A stretch of 64,000 bases of DNA from Octopus vulgaris. Taxonomy: Eukaryota. The translations under genes and the position numbers were made by a program. Shown here in pieces: positions 1-13,409 of the stretch. The stretch covers positions 20,522,001 to 20,586,000 of the forward strand of contig OX597831.1 in NCBI GenBank assembly GCA_951406725.2. Direction: 5' to 3'. Numbering within the stretch: the first letter of the stretch is position 1; every line of letters begins with the position of its first letter. Under the pieces are notes generated by a model, which saw only the letters and a list, made by a program, of their open reading frames with translations, was not told the origin of the DNA and made no database searches.

Positions 1-532
1 TTAGTACCCATATATTTTCACTCCTAACCATAGATAAATATTACCTTAATTAATCTCTTCCCCTCATTGTTAATACTCAGCAATTAAATATCTCGAAATA
101 GATACGCCAGTCTCCATCTCAAGTACAATAACTTACTTTTAGCACTTCCCCCAAACAATTAAACACTCTTCTTACGTAACAAATAAATATCCACTTTTTA
201 CTCTTATGTAGGTACGTACTTATCTTTCTTTTTATATTTATTCATACATAACTGTGTATATATGTGTGTATATGAATCTGTATCTATATGGCTATTTGTG
301 TATATGTAAATACATCCATGAATATATGTATGTAAATTTACAAGTACCCAAATGTATGCAAAGAGGCTTGGCATGATAAACATGCATCTGCATAGATATA
401 CACAACATCTTTCAAGATGGTCCCACTAGACCACTCCTTATTTTATGTTATGTGAAAAACTATATTACCACTTTACTTTATCTATTTAGTTATTATCATT
501 CGCATAAAAATATATATTATAGAATATTATAC

Positions 533-712
533 GGAGTGGCTGTGTGGTAAGTAGCTTGTTCACGAACCACATGGTTCCGGGCTCAGTCCCACTGCGTGGC
601 ACCTTGGGCAAGTGTGTCTTCTACTATAGCCTCGGGCTGACCAAAGCCTTGTGAGTGGATTTGGTAGACAGAAACTGAAAGAAACCAGTCATATATGTAT
701 ATATTTATACGC

Positions 713-757
<45 letters not shown>

Positions 758-960
758 CGCATGTGTCTGTGTTTGTCCTCCCATCATCGGTTGACAACCG
801 ATGCTGGTGTGTTTACGACCCCGTAACTTAGCCGTTCGGCAAAAGAGAACCGGTAGAATAAGTACTAGGCTTACAAAGAATAAGTCCTGGGGTCGATTTG
901 CTCGACTAAAGGCGGTGCTCCAGCATGGCCACAGCCAAATGACTGAAACAAGTAAAAGAG
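533..960 (+). mobile_element. tRNA-derived SINE, family A (CORE-like), full length
   Basis: A-box TGGCTGTGTGG, B-box-like GGCTCAGTCCC, CORE-like ACCTTGGGCAAGTG, internal (TA)n/(TG)n tract, GTAAAAGAG tail; close match to the copy at 1573. Confidence 0.85.
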
Positions 961-1572
961 TATACATATATAATATAACTAAGATAGATCGATAAGTGTT
1001 ACCCATGTACCTTCACATGCATAGAATTGATATAGCTCGCCCATCAATACATATTACATAACATAATACATTATATAATACATAAATAACATTGGTCAAA
1101 CTTTCTTAACAGCTTGAGAAATACATATTAATTATGTATTTCTGAAGTTGTGAGAAAACTTAGATATTACTTAACCACAAATATTCCTAACTGTTTCCTA
1201 CTATATTATGCATTTCTAATCTGCATGGATATAAGCGACCTATTACCCCTTACGACAAATATTCATTGTTTACCTATTTCCGCTCCATTGATTAACGGTT
1301 TTTAATGATCATCCTTTTGATTTTGAAATTAACTGACCAATAGTATCCTCGTACTGGCCGAACCATTCCTACTCCAGATTCGGGGTTGTTTCAGGTATGT
1401 CTCCCACATATAGTACTGAGTAAAATACATAAGAAATAACTGCTAAAAAAGTAAATTATAGTTAACTGTTATCATTTTAGTTATGTAACTACCGGTATTT
1501 TCAATTCTATTTCTTACATTTTATATTTTTATTTTTATTTTATGACCTAATCAAGATACTTAGGAATTCTTC

Positions 1573-1983
1573 GCAGGAGTGGCTGTGTGGTAAGTAGCTT
1601 GTTTACCAACCACATGGTTCCGGGTTCAGTCCCACTGCGTGGCACCTTGGGCAAGTGTCTTCTACTATAGCCCCGGGCCAACCAAAGCCTTGTGAGTGGA
1701 TTTGGTAGACGGAAATTGAAAGAAGCTCGTCGTATATATGTATATATATATATGCGTGTGTGTGTTCGTGTGTCTGTGTTTGTCCCCCTAGCATTGCTTG
1801 ACAACCGATGCTGGTGTGTTTATGTCCCCGTTACTTAGCGGTTCGGCAAAAGACACCGATAGAATAAGTACTGGGCTTACAAAAGAATAAGTCCCGGGGT
1901 CGAGTTGCTCGATTAAAGGCGGTGCTCCAGCATGGCCGCAGTCAAATGACTGAAACAAGTAAAAGAGTAAAAGAGTAAAGAGT
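1573..1983 (+). mobile_element. SINE family A (CORE-like), full length
   Basis: GGAGTGGCTGTGTGG...GGTTCAGTCCC...ACCTTGGGCAAGTG; repeated GTAAAAGA tail. Confidence 0.85.
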
Positions 1984-2283
1984 TTGGATAATTCACTTTT
2001 GGAAACATGGGTGGTTCCTTCAACAACCTTAAACAACCCTTATCCAAGGACCTTTTGAGCGGGACGGGTTACTCGATCTGAACAAAATTCTAACTGGGCC
2101 CCACCTGCAAAGTCATGCGCTGTTTATCTTGATATGTGATCACCATGTCGCGCACATACGGTTGTGATGCATGTGCCTAGTGTACCCTTATCAGACGGGT
2201 AGTCATGATGGGTATACTGGGCTTCGTATATTCTACCCCAGTGTCAATTTGATGGCATGCACTGCTCTCTCACTCAATAATAA
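1984..2283 (+). mobile_element. Interspersed repeat family C, 3' part ending in TAA repeats
   Basis: Matches 5069-5350 (reverse) and 49990-50133; ends CACTCAATAATAA. Confidence 0.75.
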
Positions 2284-2554
2284 CTCCACCTGCCTTCGTT
2301 TTTTGTTTATTTTCATAAAGCTTCCCGTTATATATCTGCCTCTCTGTCTCTCCCTCTCTGTCTGTCTTTCTCTGTCTGTCTGTCTCTCTCTCTATATATA
2401 TTGTTAGGCGTAGAAATGGAGGAAAAGACAAAAATTCCTAGGTGTAAGACATAAAAATAGGAGGTGGAATTTTAATGTACATATGCTAGACATATTTATC
2501 TGTATTCAAGATTACATAAAAAATTCTGTAGTATATAGTATACATGCATACATG

Positions 2555-2650
<96 letters not shown>

Positions 2651-3029
2651 CATGTACACTCTCTCTAACGCACATATGTATACACACAGTTACATACAGT
2701 TACACACACACACAGACACCTCCCCCTTGTACTTGCGCAGTAGCTGGTGAAGACATTTGAAAGTAACGAAGTACTAATATACATATTTTTATCGGTTATT
2801 TTTTTCTCTATCTTCTTTTCATATCGTTAGACTAAACTGTCTTCTACAAAGTTGAGGCAATAACATTTTTTTTATTTTATTACATTTTCTACTTTATTAA
2901 CTTATTTCTCTATTATTTAATTAAAAAAAAAATTTCCTTGTTGCTAAAGTTTAAATAGCTTCAAATTATAACAGCTGTATTTTACTGAATTATTAAATGA
3001 AAAACTATTCAAATCCGAACTGTCAAATA

Positions 3030-3421
3030 ATGGGAATGGAAGCACTCCGTCGGTTCCGACGACGAGGGTTCCGGTTGATCCGAACAACGGAACAGCCTGC
3101 TCGTGAAATTAACGTGTAAGTGGCTGAGCACTCCACAGACACGTGTACCCTTAACGTAGTTCTCGGGGATATTCAGCGTGACACAGAGAGTGACAAGGCC
3201 GGCCCTTTGAAATACAGGTACAACAGAAACAGGAAGAAAGAGTGAGAGAAAGTTGTGGTGAAAGAGTACAGCAGGGATCACCACCACCCCCTGCCGGAGC
3301 CTCGTGGAGCTTTTAGGTGTTTTCGCTCAATAAACACTCACAACGCCCGGTCTGGGAATCGAAACCGCGATCCTACGACCGCGAGTCCGCTGCCCTAACC
3401 ACTGGGCCATTGCGCCTCCAC
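3030..3421 (-). mobile_element. tRNA-Arg(TCG)-headed SINE, family B, tail type 1
   Basis: Minus strand GTGGAGGCGCAATGGCCCAGTGGTTAGGGCAGCGGACTCGCGGTC...GTTTCGATTCCC; head shared with 20215, 24664 and 60109. Confidence 0.85.
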
Positions 3422-3426
3422 TGTCA

Positions 3427-3458
<32 letters not shown>

Positions 3459-3464
3459 TGATGA

Positions 3465-3670
3465 TGGCTTCAAATTTTGTTACAAGACCAGCAAGTTTGA
3501 GCAGGGGTGTAAGTCGATTATATCGTCCCCAGTGTTCAACTGGTACTTACTTTGTCAACCCTGTAAGAATTAAAGGCTAAGTCGAGGTCGGCGCAAGTTG
3601 AACTCAGGTCATAAAATCAGACGAAATACCGCGAAGCATTTTGCACAGTGTGCTAACGATTCTGCCAGTT
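3465..3670 (-). mobile_element. SINE family D (Meta-domain type), diverged
   Basis: Homologous to 33824-34054 (CTGGCAGAATCGTTAGCAC...AAGTACCAG). Confidence 0.7.
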
Positions 3671-4686
3671 TTGTGTAATAATCCCACACATAAAAAAAAA
3701 AACAAAGTCAAAGAACAAACAGAAAACACTGGGCTGTATCTCGGAACCAGAATTTAACGACAAAGGAGCATGTCACCTTCCGACCCAACCCGATCTATTA
3801 TTATCTTAGGAGCATAAAATAGAAGTTGCTGGGAGAGAGAGAGAGAAGAAAAGGAAAAGACAGGACTTGACGGGTAAAAGCAAGGAAAAGACGAAGAAGG
3901 AGAAGGGAGAAAATAGGTGGAAGAAGGAGGAGGAGAAGTAGAAGGAGAGGGAGGAAGAGGAGGAAAAGAAGAAGAAAAAGGAGGAGAGTTGATCGCGGTG
4001 ATCACAGATGAAACGCCTGAGTAATTAAGCCTATTGTTTTGTTGTTGCTATTGTTGTAATTATGAATTTTTCCCATGATTATTCGAGTTAGAGTACTGTA
4101 AAGAAGCTAAGAACAGGATCACTACGTGCACGCTTGAACGGCTAGAAATGACAACTAAATCTCCCTCATAAAACATTCTAACGACTTGAATGATGTAGGT
4201 CGGAGTTCCTTTGACCACTGTTGCCCCTTATCACTGCCTCAGCAAACAGAGAGAATTGTATGCTTAGCTGAAGATGATAAACACAGCCGAAACATATCTT
4301 GAGTCATTTCCCATACATGCTGAATTAAAATGTCCTCTTCACCGTATTATTTTTTTTAAAAGAGACCTTTTGCTTATTTGTGCTACATTAAATATGCTTA
4401 TTCTTATGTAACATATTATAAAAACTAGTTTGTTATTATCTTCTTGACTCGGGATTGATCTTTATTCCTGATATATTTTAAGTGGATGTTGAGATGCCAC
4501 CAGTGACCTTAGATATTCTCATGATTTTAATAAGCCATCAAAGGATGATCTTCCCTGTTCCTAAGAGATAAACATTCTGTTCAGAAACACTCCGGGACAC
4601 TTCATTCCAATCTCATTCATTCATTTCTCTATTTCACCACAAGTAAATTTCATTATCTAAATTTCCTCGTGGAATCAAAGTTTATT

Positions 4687-5055
<369 letters not shown>

Positions 5056-5068
5056 CAATCATCATTAT

Positions 5069-5626
5069 TGAGTAAGGAAGTAGCATACACCATGAAAGTG
5101 ACGCTGAGGTACAAATAAACGAAGCCCAATACACCTATCATGATAAGCCGAATGATAAGGGTACACTAGGCACATGTATCACAACCATAAGTGGGTGACA
5201 TGATGATCTCATATCAAGAGAAAAAGCGCATGATCTTGCCGATGGGGCCCAGTTAGAATTTTCTTCAGGTTGAGTAGACCATCACGCTCAAAAATGTCCC
5301 TGAATAATGGTTGTTTAAGGATTGTGAACGAAACACCTGTTTCCAGAGGTGAATTATTCAAATCCTAAAGAAGCCTTCTCAACACATGGTTATGATGCAC
5401 CCACCACTACTCCTGCTCATGATTAGAGATGCACCTATCATCACGAAATTAAGGGACATACACGACTGGTAAAGGTAAAGCAACTGACAAGCAAATATGT
5501 GGTATTGAGAGGAATATTTGCTGTAGCTTATCTTTTACACCAAGACAAATCATGTACATAATGATACTTCAAATCAATTAAGATCAGAAGCGATGAGAGC
5601 CACTGCCTGGTACTGTATCAGGGCAT
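5069..5626 (-). mobile_element. Interspersed repeat family C, near full length (about 550 bp)
   Basis: Minus strand ATGCCCTGATACAGTACCAGGCAGTGGCTCTC...CTCAATAATGA followed by (TAA)n; two other copies in the window. Confidence 0.75.
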
Positions 5627-6149
5627 ACGTGCGTAATGAGTGTTCTGTGCATAATCATTCTTAAGTATAATCTAGTTGATGATTAAAAAATTATATTAAT
5701 CACAAATTAATATTATCTTAATTAAGCTTTTACTGCATATTTGATCTTTAACTTTTTAATGTTCTAATCATTGAAATTACTTTTATTCAACTTTAACATC
5801 GTTCATGATGCGGTTGGGGCATGAGAATAAGTTAATATTTTTAGCCTCGTTTTATATTTTTACTTGTAATTATTAAAATATTCAGTGAATAATTAGATAA
5901 TTAATTTTGATTAATTTTTGCTCTTTCGTTTTGTGCATCAGTATAAATTACAAAATTCTGTATATTAACTTAATGACACAAATACTAAATATTTCGTTAG
6001 CTATGGCGTATTTATGTTTTCGTTAAAGAACACAAATATGACCAAAAATATTGATATTATCTCCCCTATGTATCAATTAATATAATTTATATTTCTTCAG
6101 TGACTGCAACTGCTTAACTTCCTAAACTAACCTGTTATATCTATCGGCC

Positions 6150-7320
6150 TTTCTTTCTTCCGTATCGCATACTTTGTTGTCAGCTGGGTATGCTATATCT
6201 ATGATCCACCATCCTTTGCTTTCTTTCTCAATTAACACTATGTCTGCTTTCCTATTCTCTATCTCATGGTCGCACTGAATCATAAAATCCCATAGGATCT
6301 TTGCATTATCATTTTCGATGATGCCTTCGGGTTTATGCTCGTATAAGTTCTTTCTGTCATATCCATACTTTTTGCAAGGTATCCAATGGACAATCCATGC
6401 TATATTGTCATGACGTCTTTTTCTTGGCTAGTGGAGTAAATTCTGGTAATATGCCATTCGGTTTCTCCATCTTGACCACAGATCCTGCATTTATCACTTT
6501 CTGATTTCTGTGTTGTCTATTTTGTAATTTGATGTAATTGATTTTAATGCTTGCTCTTGGGAAGCACAATTTTGAGCCTCCGTTTCCAGTTTTAAATCAC
6601 TTTTAGTCATCCATAGCTATCGTTTTTGTCTATTTTTTCTTCAACATCCCTATGAACTTGTCCATATATCCTTTTCTTTATCCACCTATTTTCGGTTTTA
6701 TTCATTCTCAAGTGCTTGCACAGTGCCTTATCTTCACAATCCTCTATCCCACACACGCCTTGTCTCCTTACTTCCAATAATAACGGTTCCGTGGCATTTT
6801 TTACATACCATGCTAAGTTGTTTTCTTCTGCTCTAATGCCGTGTTCGCTTCCAATCAGTCCTCTTCCCACTCTTTTTCTTGGTAGCTTCGGGCTCTACTT
6901 CTGTGAACCAACGAGTTTTCCTTATTACTCTAACTTAATCCTCTTTCTCTCCATTGATCATACATATGTTTTCGGTATCCCCTAATATGAGCACCATTTT
7001 AGTCTACAGGGTTGTTCAGGTAGTAACACTCCATGACCACAGCATTGACATGTTTGTTCCATCTACGCCGTGTGGGCAGGTCCATTGCTGGATAACGACA
7101 GGCTGGAGATGGACCAGTGTCTCTGAGCCTGCCGGGTGCAACACTGTCACTATTAAGGTCTTTAGTTTCATTACCACCGTTATTCACAATATTTTGTTTT
7201 TTCATTGTCACTCATATGAGGCAGCGACTATCAGATTGCGCAATTACCAGTGTTTTATTGTGTCACCATCACAAGTTGTATCATTGATCAGGACATAGGG
7301 AGATTCCAGCCGCTTCCTTT
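6150..7320 (-). mobile_element. R4/Dong-clade non-LTR retrotransposon relic, internally deleted
   Basis: N-terminal RRRWNKHVNAVVMECYY, post-RT GRGL...YGQVHR, Cys/His finger region (KCRICG...RRHDNI) and restriction-like endonuclease region (ILWDFMIQCDHEIENRKADIVLI...WIID); frameshifted, RT core absent. Confidence 0.8.
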
Positions 7321-7599
7321 CATTATCATTATTATCATCACTGATATTATTATTTTCATTCTTTTACTATTTGTCATTGTTAATATTTCCTCTGATCCAA
7401 CATGAGTTTTGACTAATTGTCATTAACACTTTCGTGTTAGTACTAGGTTCCGGATCTTATGTATTAGCGTGGATGGAGCATCGCTTCTATAATTATAAAC
7501 AAATAAATGTAGTTAAACGATACAAAGAGGCTAACAAAAAACTACATCCACCCCTATTTTTCCGTGGGAGGTATATATTTGTGTAATTTCGTGGTGGGG

Positions 7600-7635
<36 letters not shown>

Positions 7636-8047
7636 ATGCTTTCGAGAGCAATAATGACTAGTCTTTGTCGTTTGCTTTTATCGATTCGCTTATGTATGTG
7701 TGTGCGCTTGTTTATACATTACTTAATATTACTTTGCAATATTAAAATGTGTTCATGTAAAACTGAGGTGTATACGTAATTAATTAGTTTACGTACTTAC
7801 GTGTTTGAGATGTCTATTTAAACGGATATAGTCCAATATGTACTTACTCGGATATAGTCCAACACTTTTAATGAGTATTATTTACTCGGGTGTAGTCCAG
7901 CGCTTTGTCAGTGTGGCGGAAAATAGAAATAAATTTTAATGTGTATTCCTTACTCGGATATATTCTGACACTTTGTCTGTTATTTTAGGCTCCATTTGTT
8001 GCCTTTAATCCCGATGTTTTTGTCACTTTCACATATCAAACGTTTTG

Positions 8048-8164
<117 letters not shown>

Positions 8165-8787
8165 ACAACAGTTTCTTACGTGAAAACAAATACAATACGA
8201 AAATAGGTTGACTGGCAAAGAAAGTTCGAGAATTTTGGAAAAAAGTTTTTTTTTCTTTATTAAAAATACAGAAAAAGAGGAGAAAAATAATATTGGAAAC
8301 TTAAGTCTTTTCTTTCTTCTTTGCTCAATAAAACTTCCCGCCTTATTAAATAGATGACAAGGTGAGGTTATTTTTCTTATTCCTTGTTCTACTCTTTGTC
8401 TCCAGTGAGATATCATCTACAGCTTTAGGATAGATATATATATAGGTGTTGTTTTATATGTTTTGTATGCATTGCGTTGATCACGCATACACACACACTC
8501 GCACACACACAGAAACACACACACTTACACCCCCCCACACACAACTATGTTGTATTATATGTACATGTAAAGAAACATATTTCTGTAAACATCCGTTCAT
8601 GCACATTTACGAATTATATATACATTTAAACATAATTATATGTTTATATATCCACTCTCATATATATTCATGATCATATAGATTTACATACTTGAGTCTT
8701 AACGTATATATATATCAAAGAAGAAAAACGAAAATGGTGAGTGGGAAGTTAATAATTTTGTATTATCAACAACTTATCAATCATCAT

Positions 8788-8869
8788 CCCTTACAGCTGT
8801 TTAAATTAATACTCAGTGACTTAATTAAATATTAAATTCATATTACCTGAGCATAAAATCTTCAGAGGG
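8788..8869 (-). ncRNA. Minimal type-I hammerhead ribozyme motif (G12 mutated) in a PLE 3' region
   Basis: CCCT-CTGAAGA-[ATGCTCAG...CTGAGTAT]-TAAAC-AGCT-GTA-AGGG; stem I CCCT/AGGG, palindromic stem III ACAGCTGT. Confidence 0.7.
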
Positions 8870-8994
8870 GTAAAATATGCCATTGAATGTCTTATATATG
8901 TGTTTATGGATTCATTATAACACACTGAACCAGTATTTCCTTGGATGAAATCATCCCCTCATGTGGCTAATACACACAGACACACAGACACACA

Positions 8995-9070
<76 letters not shown>

Positions 9071-9159
9071 AATACATATAAATATAATTTTTAATATTTT
9101 GTAAAAAGTGGCTATATGAATACTCTTTTCCCATTGTTTTTTATACGAAGTGTTGACTA

Positions 9160-9610
9160 TTTTTTAGTTTAGGCTTTAGAATTCTTATAAAGTATTCTTC
9201 TTTTGCCTTTCATAGTTGATAATTTTCATCGTTCATTTTGTAAAATGGGAATACTTTAAATTTTCTATTTGCACAAATATCTAGATGTTCACTACATGGG
9301 ACATTCATAAGCGATGAATCCCTAATTTGTTGTTTATGTACATTTATACGACTGGACAGTTTCGTTCCTGTCTCCCCTATGTAGTTTTTATGCGCATTTT
9401 AGGCACGTGATGCAGCAGATGAGGCTTTTTGTTTTGCAATTCATGGTTGCAATCACTTTTAATTCCTTCCCATTCTTGAATCTTCTGGTTGTTCCTTGCT
9501 CAGTTAATCCACATGCCCCACGACGGAGGTCTCCGAAGTTGGTTACTTGCATCGTTTCTTTTTCAAATGTGAGTCGCACCTTTGTTAGAAGTCTCTTGAG
9601 GTTTGGTTGT
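9160..9610 (-). pseudogene. Penelope-like element GIY-YIG endonuclease C-terminus, degenerate
   Basis: QPNLKRLLTK...MNCKTKSLICCITCLKC, frameshift, then NYIGETGTKLSSRINVHKQQIRD...SEHLDIC...KEEYFIRILKPKL. Confidence 0.85.
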
Positions 9611-10261
9611 TGCCTGTCTGTCTGTCTCTGTCTGTCTGTCTGTCTGTCTCTCCCTCTCTCTCTATATATATACATATGTATATTATTGTTTTACAAGGAT
9701 TATGGAATAATGTTGATTGTGGCTTCGAAATTTTGGCTTGCCTAGCTTTTATCGAACAGACTAAGTTAAAGCTTGAAATCATAATCAACACGGTTCTGGT
9801 AAGATAATGATTATGAATATATATATTAAATATGTTATTAAATATGATGCAGCACGGATTTTTGTCAGTGAACAGGTCGCGGATTTTAGCGACGAAAATA
9901 TTTTGACAAATTAAACTTAAATGTTGAAGTGAATCGAACGGCTTTTGTGTGTTTCTTAAATGGCTTACAAACACCTACAAACACTTTCCACGCTACAATT
10001 GTTTTCGTTTCAGCACACGATCTCAGATCAAATCACTTGCTATGCGAGTACATCTCCGTAATATATATATTTTGTTACATGTATTACGTATTTAGTTATA
10101 TACTATATATTTGTCTGTATATTAATATGCTTGATTTATATGCTACTGCACATATGTATTTTAGTATTATATATTAAGTATATTCTTATTATATTTTATA
10201 TATGTTGTTGTATACACTCTATGTCATTTCTCTCTCTCTCTCTTTATGTATATATATGTTT

Positions 10262-10632
10262 CTTTTATTTCTTTCAGTCATTTGACTGCGGCCATGGTGG
10301 AGCACCGCCTTCAGTCGGACAAATCGATGCCAAGACTTATTCGTTGTAAGCCTAGTACGTATTCTATCGATCTCTTTTGCCTGATCGCTATGTTATCGGG
10401 ACTTAAACACACCAATATCGGTTGTGGGGGGACAAACACAGACACACAAACACACACACATATATATATATACGACGGTCTTCTTTCAGTTTCCGTCTAC
10501 CAAATCCATTCACATGGCTGTGGTCGGCCCGAGGCCATAGTAGAAGACACTTGCCGAAGCTTCCATGCAGTGGAACTGAACCCGGAACCATGTGGTTGGT
10601 AAGCAAGCTACTTACCACACTGCCAAACCACG
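10262..10632 (-). mobile_element. SINE family A
   Basis: Reverse-complement match to 1573-1983. Confidence 0.85.
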
Positions 10633-11125
10633 CTTTGTATATAATATTGTGCATTGCATTTGGTTACTATATGTTATAATACTCTGTAGCCAGTCTGTAT
10701 GCAATTAATTATTTTGGTGAGTACTTTGGTTGCCATAGTTACCGTTTGTAGCTGTGAACTGACGACCGAATAGTAGGCAACACAGAGACGTACAGCCACG
10801 TGACTGGTTTGGTGTTGTCTAGTCTGAGAAATACTGTTGTCAGGCGGCGTCTTTCCATATTTCTGGAATCAACAAAAGTGACTCTGTGCTAGAAATAGCA
10901 GTTGAAACTCCACCCACCCCGTATCATGCCTTATATTCTAAAAAAATTGAGGAATACATTGGAGTATTTAATATTAGATCTACCATAGATGTGTCGTTAA
11001 GAAGTTCGCCTCTCAATAACGTGGTTTTAGATTCAGCCCCAGGACATGAATCTTTGAGCAAGTACCTTTTATTTACAGACTCGGGGAAGCAGAAATTAAA
11101 ATGGGGGACTCATTCGAAGCTTGTT

Positions 11126-11126
<1 letters not shown>

Positions 11127-11203
<77 letters not shown>

Positions 11204-11208
11204 GTCTA

Positions 11209-11245
<37 letters not shown>

Positions 11246-11321
11246 TTGTCTGTGTCTGTCTGCCTGCATGTATATTTACAGACACCACACAAGTCTCACG
11301 CACGCAGACACACATACATAT

Positions 11322-11417
<96 letters not shown>

Positions 11418-11430
11418 CTATATATATATA
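11127..11430. repeat. (TATC)n/(TGTC)n/(TA)n compound microsatellite
   Basis: Seen directly. Confidence 0.9.
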
Positions 11431-11449
11431 AGTATATGTTCCACACAGT

Positions 11450-11540
11450 CATGGCTATGTGTTAAGAAGCTTGCTTCCCAACCATACGGTTCTGGGTTCA
11501 GTCCCACTGCGTGGCACCTACGGAAACTGAAAGAACCCCG
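11450..11540 (+). mobile_element. SINE family A head, internally deleted
   Basis: GGTTCAGTCCCACTGCGTGGCACCT joined to CGGAAACTGAAAGAA. Confidence 0.7.
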
Positions 11541-12104
11541 TAGTATCGGGGCCAGTAAATATATCAAATGTGATTTAATGTATGAAGTGTATCCGTCAGA
11601 GAATCCATTTTACTGTGCTTTTTAATAAGCGTGAATAAAGAATGTTGAGAAAGCAGTTCATTTACAACGAAACATTGCTGACTGTATTTGAATAAAACGA
11701 GTTCTGGCAAGTAGTAACAACGATTAATCTGCATGTGTATGCGACACAGGAAAAAAATCTCATAACTTACTTTTAATACAGAAGGGTTATGTGGAAGCCC
11801 TTCAAAGCTAATAAGAACAAGTATGTACCGCTCATTTTGAGGCAGAGTTATAGCAGATATCATTCAAGTGAGTTGAACGCAGTTGGTGATGAAAATAAAA
11901 ATTGTGGCAGGTCAAAGGGAGATATTGTTTCGAGGTCGTCTTTCCACCAACTAACGTCGAAACTGCTGCTTCACTGTTAAGGCCGATCACTGCCCTTTGT
12001 TATTCATACGCCTCCAGCCCTGATTGGATGGAGTCTGCCACAACACAACTGAACAGTGCCACGAAAATAAATATGTGTGTGTTTGTGTATGTATATATAT
12101 ATAT

Positions 12105-12310
12105 TGTTGTGGGGATAATAGTAATAATGGTACACCCCTCCCACGTGACGAGTGGTATGTGCTAGTCGCTATATATAAGGTGATGTCGGTTAGTATAGGG
12201 GAGAGTACGAAGTAGACAGTCATAGAAAGTCGTGTCTTTACTTGTCTAAGGAGCTTCACTACTACACCAGAGTGGGCGTTATAACACTCTAACATGCAAG
12301 GATTACAACA
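12105..12310 (+). mobile_element. 5' LTR of a Gypsy-type retrotransposon (206 bp)
   Basis: TGTTGT...ACAACA inverted termini, internal TATATAA, followed by PBS-like TGGCGACGAGG at 12312-12322. Confidence 0.8.
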
Positions 12311-13395
12311 GTGGCGACGAGGAATTAAGAAACTCACAAATTTTTTTGTTCGAATATTACGGAAAAAAGTACGGAAAATTTGTTGGCCGGTTTGCCACAA
12401 CAGCAACTGGAATAACAACAACAGCGGCAGCTACAACTGCAAGAACAACAGCAGAGGCAACAACAACAACAACAACAATTATTATTGCACCAAAAAATGC
12501 TGCGACATAACCAACGCTAAAAAGTTAACCTCGGCCAAAAGTAGAAGTTCCGTGGTCGGGATTGCACATCGATTTCGTTGGTCCTTTAAACGGTTCATAC
12601 TACTTGGTAGTAGTTGATAATTTCTCTTAGTGGCCAGAAATTTGTAAGTGTAAAACGCCTACTTCCTCAACTGTGACACATTTTTTACACGAGCTGTTTG
12701 CAAAATTTGGCATCCCAGACGCGATACTGTCTGATAAAGGAACACGATTTGTGTCTTTTGAATTTAAAAAAGTTTTGTGAAACATTCACGGTAGAACATG
12801 TAACTACGGTGCCATGCCATCCCAGATCTAACGGACAAGCAGAACGCTTTGTCGATAGATTCAAGAAAGCCCTAAAAAAGTCGAATAAAGAAGTCATGGA
12901 TGAGGTAGCTCTACAACAATTCTTAAGAGTATACCGTGTGACATCAAATCTAAATACACCAGCAAGTATGTCACCAGTGGAGCTGATGTTTGTGAGGAAA
13001 GCAAGATCAGTCTTCGACTAATTACTACCTGGCAAGAACGGAAAATTTACAATGGAAAATACAGCAAGATTTTTCAAAATTGGTGAAAAGGTATTTTTGA
13101 GGGCATACAAGAAAGGAAAAGTGAGTTGGGAAAGATGGTGTGATTACCAAACGCATAGGAAGAATGCTATACTTGGAAAAAAGTAGAAAAGGCGTATAGA
13201 AAAGATACATGGACCACCCGAAGAAAAGATTCGTTGAGGGTGGACCGGAGAGAATAGAAGAACCAATGGAATGGTTATATGATACTTTTCAAGTACCAAC
13301 GTCGCTACAGGTGATTGAACTCAGATGCACAAGAGTAAGAAAAAGAAATGTCCAGAGATCCTAGAAGTCGATGCCAAACGAAAAAATATATCAAA
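12311..13395 (+). pseudogene. Gypsy internal region: Q-rich gag start fused to an integrase relic
   Basis: HIDF-GPLNGSYYLVVVD...LFAKFGIPDAILSDKG, frameshift, HPRSNGQAERFVDRFKKAL (rve DDE domain); stops and frameshifts. Confidence 0.85.
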
Positions 13396-13409
13396 TGTGT
13401 AACTCACGC

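Noticed and set aside
3350-3421. tRNA-Arg-like sequences here and at 20215, 24664 and 60040
   Set aside because: They continue into SINE bodies and lack a proper acceptor stem and terminator; SINE heads, not tRNA genes.
7820-7980. CRISPR-like repeat-spacer pattern
   Set aside because: Eukaryotic context, degenerate repeats, irregular spacers and no cas genes.
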